Part shown: positions 1-23,011 of the stretch, one piece after another
Numbering within the stretch: position 1 is the stretch's first letter
Layout: each line of letters begins with the position of its first letter
NCBI RefSeq assembly: GCF_964355755.1
Contig: NC_092670.1
Span: 5,508,201 to 5,572,200, forward strand
DNA length: 64,000 nt
From: Antedon mediterranea
Lineage: Eukaryota; Animalia; Echinodermata
Direction of reading: 5' to 3'
Translations under genes and position numbers: made by a program
Notes under the pieces: model-generated
Databases searched by the model: none
Told to the model about the DNA's origin: nothing
Seen by the model: only the letters and a program-made list of their open reading frames with translations

Positions 1-1
1 G

Positions 2-3000
2 GTTGATCTGGTTCCGGGCCGTTACACATTTACACTAAAAGTTACAGATGCAAAAGGACTCTCTGCAACTGACACAGTTGAAGTTGTTGTTAAACAGTAT
101 GCAAGTGAGGACAGTCTGGTAGTATTAACATTTGCAGCTGATATTACAAAGGTCACACAAGAAGATGAGGTATGGCAAACATTGTAAATTCATTTTATAT
201 ATTTTGTGTATTTTTTATATTATCAATACACTATAACATGCCTTAGCGAGGATACCTCTCCCAATCCACTCCACTCCAGTACAGTTTAAAACCTTCCCAG
301 TACAAATTCTAATAATCATGTTGATAATGGAAATTACTTATAAACCATAAAACCCTCCATTTTAAATGTAGTTTAAAACCTTCCCAGTACAATTCATTTA
401 TTTTTATACTCTTCTCCCCTAAATGCCAAACCCATTCCTGGGGGTAATTTAAAGTCTTCCCAGTACAATTCATTTATTTTTATACTCTTCTCCCCTAAAT
501 GCCAAACCCATTCCTGGGGGTAATTTAAAGTCTTCCCTGTACAATTCTGGACATTTTTATGTATGGATAAATGTATAAACAAAACAACAACCTACTGTAA
601 GTTGGAAAAAGGGAGGTATTTAGACCTGCTATATTGGATCTAAAATGGCAGATAATACAGTAGAACCTCCATTTTACATACGGTACGGGACCGAAAGGCG
701 TACGTAAAACAAAGGATTCGTAAAATCAAGGTTGACCTTAAATTGACCCCAAATACGTAGAGATCGTAGCTATAAAGGGCGGCTACCCTGTTTGTCTACT
801 TTACTGAACAGCATGCAGGTTGTCACTAGCTAGGCCTTGCCTAGACTATTCAGGCTAGGCTAGCAGGCCTAGCAAGATGTGAGGCCTAACTAGAAAAGTA
901 CAGTACTGTATATACAGGCTGTGAGATGTTTAAATAAAGGGTAAAATATCAATGTTCTTGTATTTTCAATCAATAAAAACAGTCGCTGCTTAAATGCACG
1001 TGCGTAGCTTGTCTCAAACACACAGCAGAATTCCTCACACACACACAGCCACAGCTTTGTTGTGCTTTGTTGTTGTTAAATTGCGCCCTCAATGTACGAA
1101 AATGATGACGTCATCGGTTATTTTAAGCGTACGTAAAATCAAGGGAACGTAAAATCAGGGTACGTAAAACACAGGTTCTACTGTATTCATATTGTATTTA
1201 AACATTCCCATAATAATTGCATATCCAAGGTGTATGGATGCATGCTGTAACAACATTTTGTATTTTGTAACTTAAAAAAATAGATTTATAGATTGACGTT
1301 AGTTGCTATCCTTAGAAAATAAATGTAAATATAATATTTTTCATCAGGAACTTCTACTTCGTAAATTGTCACTCTTCATGGGAGTAGATGATCATGATAT
1401 AATGTTACAACGGATCGTTTCAATTCAAGAAGGAAGGTAAATTTGGAGAAACACTATTGGGTATGGGTCATTGGTCAATCTCAAACTGCTATATTTTGTG
1501 GTCATATGTGCCAATGTAGTCATTAATGATTGGTTCCCACTAGAGACGCAACACAAGTCATTTGACCAATAACATATGATGGATTATCGGTTTTCATTGG
1601 TCATTTGCTTGCCTTGTGTCTACGTCTTTAATTCTTTATATACATTAGATATGCACAGAAGTCACATTTAATCACAGTTCTTTAAAACATTTTACTGTAC
1701 TAACTTAGCAGTTAATCATGACAATACCTTATAAACACGATCATTATTACTGTAACTTTCTTGTCAGGTTTGATATGATCTTCTATGTGATTGATGCGCA
1801 AACACAGGTTAGTTTGAAGGCTATAGATGTTGTCAACCAACTTAAAGACAGGCTAAAAAAGGAAGGTGATCTGTTGGATTATCCGGTGTACAGCCTGGAG
1901 ACTGTAGGTATGTATGACTGACTGAAGTTGTCCTGTTATTTAAACTCAAAGGTCTATCATGCTTAATTCCTGTGTTCAAAGAGCTGTTGCTAATTCCAGT
2001 TCATATATGCTCTTCTATATAAACCTGTTTGCATCAAGCATGTCTTTTCACTATACCATGAATTCAAAATCATGGAATAACCTGTCATTAACTTTTGCTG
2101 CTTCATTACTTTGGAATCAACTTCTGAATCATGTTAAATCTGCAACTTCATTGAACTCCTTTTAACTGAAGCTTTTAACCTCTTTGAAGATGGTATTGAA
2201 TAAACAAGTGACTGAATCACTTTGATTACAAGTAGTATGAGTACATTGATTTGGCAGTAACTTACAATGCTTTTTCTAATGTCTGATTGATGTCACTTTA
2301 GTTTGCCAGAACACATGCTCAGATCATGGAACCTGCAATGTAACTACTCGTCGATGCGACTGCGAAAGTTTCTGGATTGAGAATCCAATCAAAGCTTACT
2401 TTGGAAAGAAAGAATCTAATTGTGGTAAGTTGACATTATTGCTATTACTGCTGGGTATAACCATAAACTCTGTCTACACTATCAAAGTAGTTTGACAAAA
2501 TGCCCAAATATGGTAGTGATATGCCCAAATATGGTAGTAATATATCATCATGTCCATATATAGGCATATGACATTTTTTGTAACATCAAGTTTGATAGTG
2601 TAGACAGAGCTAAAGATTTTTAGATCCATGGTTTTTATGTTATTTATTCATTAAAGTCATTTTCGCCATCGGTAACTACTCTATTCACCGGCCAAAATCC
2701 GAACACCTAGTATTTAAATGGCCTAGTTTCCAACATTTCAATTAAAGATGGAAGCAACATTAATTGACTAAAAGTTGCTTTAAAGCTCTGTCTACACTAT
2801 GTGCTGTGCCAGATAGTCATGATGATGTCTTATCACTACTATATTTGGGCATATCACTGTCATATTTAGGCACATCAGACCTTTTTGTCAAACTAGTTTG
2901 ATAATGTAGACAGAGGCGAAAAGAAAAAAGCAAATAATGTTTTTTAATTGTTGTTCTTTTGGTGAAAGCCTGAGTGTGACTCAGTATTTAAATAATGAAA

Positions 3001-5501
3001 ATATTTACCCATATCATCATGATTATGAACAAAGTTTTTCATAATTCCAGATTGGAGTATTTTGTATGTAATCATCGTTACTTTCTTTGTGATTGTTGCC
3101 TTCAGTGTTCTCATGTGGATGTGTTTCTGCTTCATCTCAAAGTAAGTCTTTACAGTTTCATTAAAAGTAACATAATTCTCATCAATAACAAACAAAATAA
3201 ATAAAAGCTAGTACAGTAGAACCTATGTTTTACGTACCCTGGTTTTACGTTCCCATAACCAATGACGTCATCATTTTCCTACATTGAGGGCGCAATTTAA
3301 CAACAACAAACAAAGCCATGGCTGTGTGAGGAATTCTGCTGTGTGAGACAAGCTACACACGTGCAGTCCCCTACAGCAGCGACTGTTTTTACTGATGGAA
3401 AATACAAGAACATTGATATTTTATTTTTAACACTTTATTTAAACGCACAGGCTGTATATACTGTACTTTTCTAGCTAGGCCTCACGTCTTGTTAGGACTA
3501 CTAGCCTGGCCTGAATAGTCTAGGCAAGGCCTAGCTAGTAACAACCTGCATGCTGTACCATAAAGTATGCAAACATGGTAGCCTTTATAGCCTTTTTTTC
3601 TTTTAACTGCTCAACCATTAACTAATTTTAACATAATTATTGTTTGCAGTCGTTGCCTAAAAAAGAAACGACGTCATCGATACAGTCTTCTAGATGAATT
3701 TGATGAGCATGAGTCAATGGAGATGATTCCTAAAGCAAATGGTAAGATTGAGCAGTATAGATAGTATCATTTAGTTTCAATTGAGATCAACATGCCTTCA
3801 ACATCCTTAATCTCTTTCTCTGTCTCTTTCTACATTTCTTTGGTTTACATAAGATTACCTTACCTTTGGTTGCCAGGTTAGCAATTTAACTTAAAGTATT
3901 AATTCACAATTTTACAATCTACAAGGTTAAACATAACCAGTAAAATATTTATTTTACATGGTAGGTGAACTCAAAGTGGCCATAAGGTCAAGGAATGACC
4001 CTTATTTTTGTTGCTATGTGCTGGACCATGAATTTCGCATAGTTTGTTGGGGCCTAGTCTTCTTTCCTGCTGTGCTCACCTACATCTTGTTCTAGGAAGT
4101 TTGTTATGTAAACAAGATTACAACACAACTTTATCTTTGCTCTTTGATTGGTTAAATTTGTATCATTTGTGGGTTAAACATTAACAGTAACACATTTATT
4201 TTATCATATGGTAGGTGATCTCAAAGTGGCATTTAGATCAAGGAACGACCCTTATCAAGGTGTTTATTCTCAATTAAACTTTTCTTTTATTTTGTATCAT
4301 TTCAAAGTTTTTTTTCTACATTCGTTCTGCAATTGTATTATTAGTGAACATTCTGTGATTTGGTTACATTAAATCCCTAAGAAGTTTAGGCTTTCTATAA
4401 TTGCAAAAAAAAAAGTTTTGCAAGACACTCGCTACTATAATTCTGAAAGATTGTAATTGCTTAGAGATGGTGTTGATTTCACACGGCACTTGTAGGCTTG
4501 TGTTTATTATAGTGTGCTGTGTTTTGGCAATCATTGTTTTTTTCATTCATTTTATTTTAAGTTTGTTTTACATGTTGCTATATAATTGTGCTATAATTTT
4601 AGTTACGGTATATAGTTATTTTGATGTCTCTTCTGGTTCAATTTGTTATTATTTATTAGTTAATTTTACAGTTTTATATACCAATTATTTTATTGATGTA
4701 TAATTTAAGTCTCTATAATATTGCCTCATAGTACCCACATTTTTTTAAAAAATTGTGGCATTGTTCCCTCCCAAACACCTTACCTTATTTTTTCCAGCTT
4801 TTTCAATCCTTTCAACACTGTGCCCTCCTACAACTCTTACAAATTCCCTAAGTACCAGTAGTGTTTTAAACCAATTGACGAATACAACCAAGTTTACTCT
4901 GTACTGTTCTCTGTTTATTTTCATATGTTCATAATAATCAAACATCTAGTTTTCAATTTTGTAGTATTGTCACTATTTTGCTTTGATTAGAAGGCAAACC
5001 ATACAACGTATATGTACATTGGTAAAAGGTTAAATCATACTTCATCTGTTAATACTTCCATACCATGGAAACTCATTCAGTGTTTTCTGTTGTTTTCTTG
5101 CAATGTTTTTTAGCTAAAATATTTTAGATACAGCAACTACAACTCCCATAATAGTTATTTTGAAATCATGTTGTTATAACTAGGATGTATGTAATCAGCT
5201 ATATTTGTGTTTTTCACTTGCAGTATTTCAGTTGAATTATGTGTTGTGTACATGAATTGTCAACCATTTCATTTGTATATTCTATGGTTTTGTTGTTATG
5301 GATGTGTACTTACTTTTTTATTGTTGTTTTGCAGGGAAACAAAACAGTAGTATTATGGTATCAGAATCAGATGATACAGAAGAAGATACACTCTTTGAGC
5401 CTAAAAAGAAATCAAAAACCACAAATGGATTTGTTCCACATAAGAAAAAAGGTAGAATACCAACTGCCTACTCAGACAGAAATAGAAATGAGAAGTTATG
5501 A
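2..5501 (+). CDS. KIAA0319L: KIAA0319/KIAA0319-like (AAV receptor-like) type I membrane protein, 3' part; gene begins upstream of the window. Exons <2-169, 1348-1436, 1768-1907, 2302-2424, 3051-3141, 3650-3741, (optional 4215-4259), 5335-5501
   Basis: GT-AG exons join in frame. They give the end of a PKD domain (VDLVPGRYTFTLKVTDAKGLSATDTV), then ELLLRKLSLFMGVDDHDIMLQRI, the C6/EGF-like CQNTCSDHGTCNVTTRRCDCESFWIENP...SNC, the TM helix WSILYVIIVTFFVIVAFSVLMWMCFCF, and the tail KKKRRHRYSLLD...SSIMVSESDD...*. This order matches the KIAA0319 family. Confidence 0.93.
381..547. repeat. 76-bp tandem duplication (~2.2 copies) in an intron
   Basis: ttcccagtacaattcatttatttttatactcttctcccctaaatgccaaacccattcctggggg... 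starts at 381 and again at 457. Confidence 0.95.
658..1183. mobile_element. Tc1/mariner (pogo/Tigger-like) MITE
   Basis: TIRs CAGTAGAACCT...AGGTTCTACTG with TA on both sides (656-657, 1184-1185). Subterminal cgtaaaa repeats; no ORF. Confidence 0.88.
1960..2180 (+). mobile_element. L2/CR1-group LINE 3' remnant
   Basis: Translates to FAASLLWNQLLNHVKSATSLNSF*LKL, resembling the conserved ORF2 C-terminal LWNxLP...SLNSFK motif. Confidence 0.6.
2468..2610. mobile_element. PIF/Harbinger-like MITE, copy 1
   Basis: TIRs ctctgtctacactatcaaa...tttgatagtgtagacagag with internal tgcccaaatatggtagt repeats. The family recurs at 2784-2915 and 61589-61746. Confidence 0.8.
2784..2915. mobile_element. PIF/Harbinger-like MITE, copy 2, inverted relative to copy 1
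   Basis: agctctgtctacactat...ataatgtagacagag; the internal sequence is the reverse complement of copy 1. Confidence 0.75.
3214..3591. mobile_element. Truncated inverted copy of the Tc1/mariner MITE at 658-1183
   Basis: Starts TA|CAGTAGAACCT and is the reverse complement of ~770-1183 (e.g. cattgagggcgcaatttaacaacaac vs gttgttgttaaattgcgccctcaatg). Confidence 0.88.
4215..4259 (+). CDS. Candidate 45-nt cassette exon in the KIAA0319L cytoplasmic tail (GDLKVAFRSRNDPYQ)
   Basis: AG at 4213-4214, GT at 4260-4261, phase 1-1 and open in frame. A diverged copy starts at 3965. Confidence 0.55.
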
Positions 5502-7929
5502 CAAAACTAGAAAATAATGGATATGATTTAACTGAATGTGATTTATCTCAATGGTTAAACTCAATATGACCAGGCTATAACTATGCTAGACAGAAATGCC
5601 TGACGTCCACGTAGAAGAGCTTTGAAGTAACCAGACAAATATGGATACTTAACAATTGTTGAACTCAAGATGACATTATTATTAGCCGGACTATGATCAA
5701 TATCAACAGGCTTTACAATAGAAACAAGGATAGAACTGTAGAAGCCTCAGAATAGCATTTAATTTAGTTGCAGTTGACACATTCCATATACAAGAACAAT
5801 TAAATGAATTCAATTCAATTTAAATATAGTCAATTTAATTTGATAATTTTAAATGAATTATTATCTGTAATTTTGAATGCTTTAGTTGAAGTATACATTT
5901 AATTTCTAGCTAACAAAAAATTAAGTAACTCTTTACATTCCTATTTTATAAAAGTACTGTAATATTATATTTGAATATTAATCTGACAATTACCTTAATT
6001 TTAATGAGATATAGTGAATTAAAATCAAATATATTTGATTTATTAAATTAGTAGGGAGGAGGTAATATGTTGAAATATATTTCCAACATGGAAAATAAGG
6101 AATGTCATTGAAAATTAAAAGTTTTTCTACTCAAAATTATAAAATGTAACCTAACTAAGTTTGCAAAGACAACAAACGACCACTGTTGATGCTAAGTTAA
6201 AATGCTTGGTCCTTAATTTCAATCAAAGACTACCTTCCTTGGAATATCATTGAAAGTTGCAATGAGTACAATGTGAAGACATTTTATTGTATTACATTAT
6301 AGTATTATATTTTGTCAATCATCATGTTTACTTCTTTGGAATCTAAAAAACACTGTGTAACTAATATTGATATTTATGTTTATCGCATTTGATTGAAAAA
6401 CAAAAATATAAAAAAATGTATTTTCTTAATCGGAAACAAATTATTTGTTTTAAACAGTCTTTTTTTTCTATAAAAGTTACATAAAAGAAAAGCTGAAATT
6501 GCAAAATGGAAGCCCAAATGTGTAAATAAAAGTGTGTGTGTGGGTATGATAAAGTAAGTATGGTTGAAAAATAAGGGGAAAATATAATTTTTATATTTTT
6601 GCATTGTATATAATATATAATATTTAAAGGGTGTATGGTATTTAATAGTTACAAATATATTTAATTGGTGTCGTAGGTAAACTCATTTCTTTGTTTGTTT
6701 GTTTTTTAAATCTATGCAGAATAATCAACAAATTCTGTTATTATACTGATATTAAATGAGTAATTCACATTTGTAATAATCTATTCTCATTTGGTGTCTG
6801 CCTCCAAATAAAATTATAATTTATATATTTATGTTTGTAAATCTTATTTTCTTATAATCTAATATTAATCATAAAGAAATTGTTGGATTGTGTGACGAAC
6901 AAAACACTAATTTTTTTTTAAATGTTTATATAGGATATACATTCACATGTTTATGTTAACTTGACTTGACTTTATTCAATAACATTGTATACTTTAAATT
7001 AATGATAGTTTAATAATAATGCTATTAAGTAATCATGATAGAATACAATATTTAGAAATGTGATGATATTTTTAAATTAAAATATAATTATTTTTTATAT
7101 GCATTCAGAATGTATTCATAGGATACAGTTCTAGACAGCAAAATTCGTTTTTCTAAAACTTTTTAGAAAAAGAAATATGGTGAGTATTAATTGGGAGGTA
7201 TAAAACGTGGTAAATTTGTTATTGTGTATTTGGTGAAACATTCCGTGCTGCTAAGCACAAATTATTCATCAAAAACCAGGAAAAGTAAAGGAGAAATTAT
7301 AGTTAGTAGCAGGGCTGGTGGAAAAAAACTTCCACTCTCACTATATCAAGAGAATATGGTAAGTCTATAGCATTGTTTAATTCAGATCATCATAAGCAGA
7401 GACTATCATTGTTTGTGTGTGTTTTGTTTATTTTTTGTCATTTATGATAGAATATTAGGTTTTAGCAAATGAAGATGCAATTCAGTACGTCAATATGTCG
7501 ACTTAGAGATTTTTTTTCTGTATATTTTGAATTTGTTAAAGAAATAATACCTTGTTTATTTAGGGAGGCAATTCAGTTTTATGTTTGTTTTTCATTTGAA
7601 GATTTTGAGAAATAAAAATAAAGAATTTAATTTCAATGAAATTTCATTTGTTTTGTATGAAGTAGTTGGTTTAACTACTACTATTATAACTGTCTATGCT
7701 CATAGTCCTAAAGTTTTAGATATTGTAATTGTTATTGTATGTAATTTAAATATTTAGCACTATTTTTCTTACGCCCTCCTTAATAGGCTACTCAATATCT
7801 GATTTTTTTTTCTTGGGAAATATTTTCTAGCCCAAGCAACTGAAAAAAATATGTTATTCGAATTGTTCAGTCACCTTTGAATCTGGGAAATGCACTTGTG
7901 TAGGTTTTCCTTCCTTCACTATATTATAC

Positions 7930-7951
7930 CAGGGAGTTCTACAACTCCCTG
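7930..7951. repeat. 22-bp mini-palindrome with near-perfect 7-bp flanking direct repeat; possible DNA-transposon excision footprint
   Basis: attatac|CAGGGAGTT ctac AACTCCCTG|attattc. Confidence 0.5.
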
Positions 7952-10900
7952 ATTATTCTAGTTTATAAATGCATTTTAGATCTGATGTTCGACAAGCTAG
8001 AATGGTTTTGACGTCACCGCATGTGTTTAAAATCAGACAACCAAAAACCGCGCGTCATCATAGTAATAAACTATTAACCAATCAAAAAACAACTACGGCA
8101 CGCATCTAACACACCTTGTGACAGCTACTCAGCCGGGTACTCAGCCCGGGACTCAGCCCACCACCAATCATCAACTAGGCTAGATGGCGATGTAAGGTGG
8201 AACAAAATTGTAAGTTGAAGCATCATCATCTCAAATAGGCCCTATATTTTGTCTAATTTCCCGATGAGGAGCAGGCATTATTCATTATTTTAATGAATGG
8301 TGTGAGGAATAATAAATAGGCATACGTCGCTAGCCTATCTTATCCAATCGTGGGATCTAAGTGTGCTCAAGGCTAGGCTAGGAATTGAAAACACACAGGT
8401 AAGTGTGGGAGAGATTGTCTTCGTACAGTTTGGATGGGCCTGGGTTCAGTGATGCACAACGACGTCATAGCTAACAATCTGGTTCTATTCAGTGATGTTT
8501 ATGAGTAAGTGGTGTATTTTATATCCAGATCTCTGGAGAGAAAATTCCAATTGAAAGAAACCACATTAAAATTAAAATGAGTTTGAAAAACAATTCTTAA
8601 TGTATTGTTGTCTAAACTCGATGAGTCACCCACCCCAATTGTACATTACTGTATTCAAGGGCTAGGCAACTCATAATAATAAAAGAATAACTGGCAAATT
8701 TAAGGCTAAACAATACATTCAGTAGTACTATAGTATTCTGTAATGAATAAAAAGACTACAACTATTATTCTGTACTTGGTCTTTTATTGTTCATTGTTTT
8801 TTAAGAATACACAAATCTAACAACCTTTTAAACTACCTGCCATCATTATCTCCAACCTTGGTGTGGTAGCATTGATCATTGTCATACTGTATATCATATA
8901 TCAATATACTGATTTCATACAAAATAAATATTTGATGACGATACTTTCTGCTTTATTTTCATTGACCGTTAATTTACCTGGTCATTTCATTTACACCTGC
9001 GTAGGTGCTGTACTGATCGAGTGATCGCATCAATTAAAAACACACAACATATACATACCACTTCAATTTACCACCAATTTTTGTATTGAAGTTTACACAC
9101 ACATTTCAAGTTTCAACAATACAATATTTTCTCTTTTTTTCCCTTAATAAGAATGACAGTAAATACAATGTATTGATTGTAATGACTGGCTGTTGGAATG
9201 AAATGCAGATATGAAATTTGGTTACATTAAAAAAAATACACCTATACAGTTGTTTTTCTTTAACATGTATGACACAAATGAACTTGTCTCAAACATTGTA
9301 AATGGACTTTTCATAAGTGCAAAGGTTTTCATTTTACAAAAATGACAGAACTGTTATTCCACTGCAGTAAATTTTGAATGGGAGTATCTTTATAATATGT
9401 TAATTTTTCAGTGAAATATAACTATATATTGTGTAGAAGTTCCAAGTAAAAATCTATTTTATCTTAGATATACAGTATTTGCCATTTGGGTTTGATCTGG
9501 GAAAGCACATGACATCAGTGTGTTGATCTCCGTAGAAATGTTATTTTTAAAGAGGAAATATTAGGGTTATAGGGTATTTCCTGAAAAACATGACAACCCA
9601 GTTGGATATTCTGCATGAGCAACAGAAATGCATATGTACTACAGCAACTGCAGTAGAATTGATAGCAAAAAAACTACAACACATAAACACTAACATTAAT
9701 CTAATCATTACAAAATTGTTCCCATCCCTATTCTAATATATTACAGTAATAATTGCATTTATACGCCAATATATATTAACTAGTAGTAATAAACATTTGT
9801 ACTGTACATGTATCAGCTAATTTCAATGTATACATATTTTACAGTAATTGAGCACCAAAACTGCGCATGCATTGTTTGAAGATAATTACTAAACAGATAC
9901 CATCATATGGTATGATTGCATTGTAAAGCTTTTTCCCAATTCCAAATCAGGAAACGTTCTAAACTAAAATTAACAAGGATTGAAATATATTACAGATTTT
10001 AAACTGGAGTACAATGAATGAATTTTTAGATTACAAAAAAATAATATTAATACAAGAAAATGGGACATTTATTGTGCATGCTTGGTAAACAACTTGGCCA
10101 AATCCTGAAATCGCAGTCTGTCACAGAGGCTATCAGAACATGGTACTAATTGGATTTCATTGTGCAAAAGTTGTTTAGCCTTTAATTACATTCATTTTTA
10201 AATTTGGCATAGAGCTAGATTAATGATGTAGCACATGTTTGTGAATCTTTGTCAGATATTAGTTGTGCTTTATTGCCTTTACAAATCGACAACAATTATC
10301 ATTGATGCATTGTATTATAGTACAGTCTGTTGATAAAAACAACAGAATAAATTATAACAAATAGTCGCTCATCATCATTACAATTTTCAAGCCTGACAAG
10401 TTTTGTTACAATTTGGGTTAAAGTATTAGCAGATAAAAATAAAACTTAACGACATATATAATATATTATAGTTGTTGAACAGAAATTAATATGGAACTGA
10501 AACTACTATTTACATACACATTTAGAGTAAAGAGTAAGCCCAGCTCAACAAAAAAAAAATCCCACTTTTGTAATTTAATAATACAATTTATAAATATAAT
10601 GGCCAGACAACTGTTTTCATTGGTAGATTAAATACAAAGGATGGTTTCTATGTGTTATACATTAATTTTTTTTATACAGTAAGAAGTTTGCGACAGGACT
10701 GTTCCTTTTGTTTGAAATTTACCGAACACAGACTTTTTATTAAATGGGATCCCCAAACACAATCTGTAGTGTAAGGCTCTATTACTTATACAGAACATAC
10801 TGTATTTTCAGGTTTTTCCTAAATCTTTTCTAACAAAGTTAATTGCATTGTTTAAACATAATAAAAAAATATATATTTCATGCGATTGATATTGTGGAAA

Positions 10901-11697
10901 CAAAAATTTACAGATAAAAGTAAGAGTACAAATAATCTAAAGTCATTGAAATAATAATACTACTTATTTCCATTCTTTTAAAAAAAGAAGAAAATGAATT
11001 AATCAAATGTACAGTTTACTCTTAATAATTAGGTATAAACATAATATATTTATGTATACAAGTTATCAACAATGTATGCATTCATATCAATTAGCAATGG
11101 ATAAATTATTAATAAATTATCACCTTTTGTGAAAAAGCTTTTCAATCTTTAGAAGCCAAATTGTGTTGTATTTGTTCAATACCCCATTAAACAATGCTTG
11201 TTTGTGTTTGCTTCCTCCACAACAAGATTGTTTTGTTTCTTTCCTTCATTCTCTATTGCCTCTCAATTTTATCACAATATTGCTCTCGAATGTTACTCTA
11301 TAGAAAGACTAGATAGGTTCATGAATTTCATGAAAAAACTGTTTTTGTGGTCTACTCATTCATTTTGAACACACTCCAAGTAAGCAAATTAAATTGGAAT
11401 TTTGAATCAATTAAACTGAATGCTTAATGAATAAATGCTATCAAGGCATCATAAACCATTGTATGGCTGTTTTACAGTATGGAAGTACTGTAACTGCTGT
11501 ATATTCTTGTTGCTAATCAGAGTTGATGTTTGTGTCAGTTAGTAGGCAACAGACTTTTACTGTTCTAGTATTCAGAATACCAAAGTTATATTATTAAATG
11601 TTGTTGGCCCAACTGAAATAACCTCTGACCTAAGTATTAAAGGTCAAGCTCATGAAAGCAATCACACAGATGCTTATGCTCTTTGTCTTTTGTTCTT

Positions 11698-23011
<11,314 letters not shown>

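Noticed and set aside
4401-4703. 100-aa hydrophobic ORF
   Set aside because: TTG start in a T-rich intron. The hydrophobicity reflects base composition, and there is no splice or homology support.
7977-8535. GC-richer island with CRE, CCAAT and three ctcagcc repeats between the convergent 3' ends
   Set aside because: Probably a non-autonomous repeat, but I could not define termini, a TSD or an associated gene.
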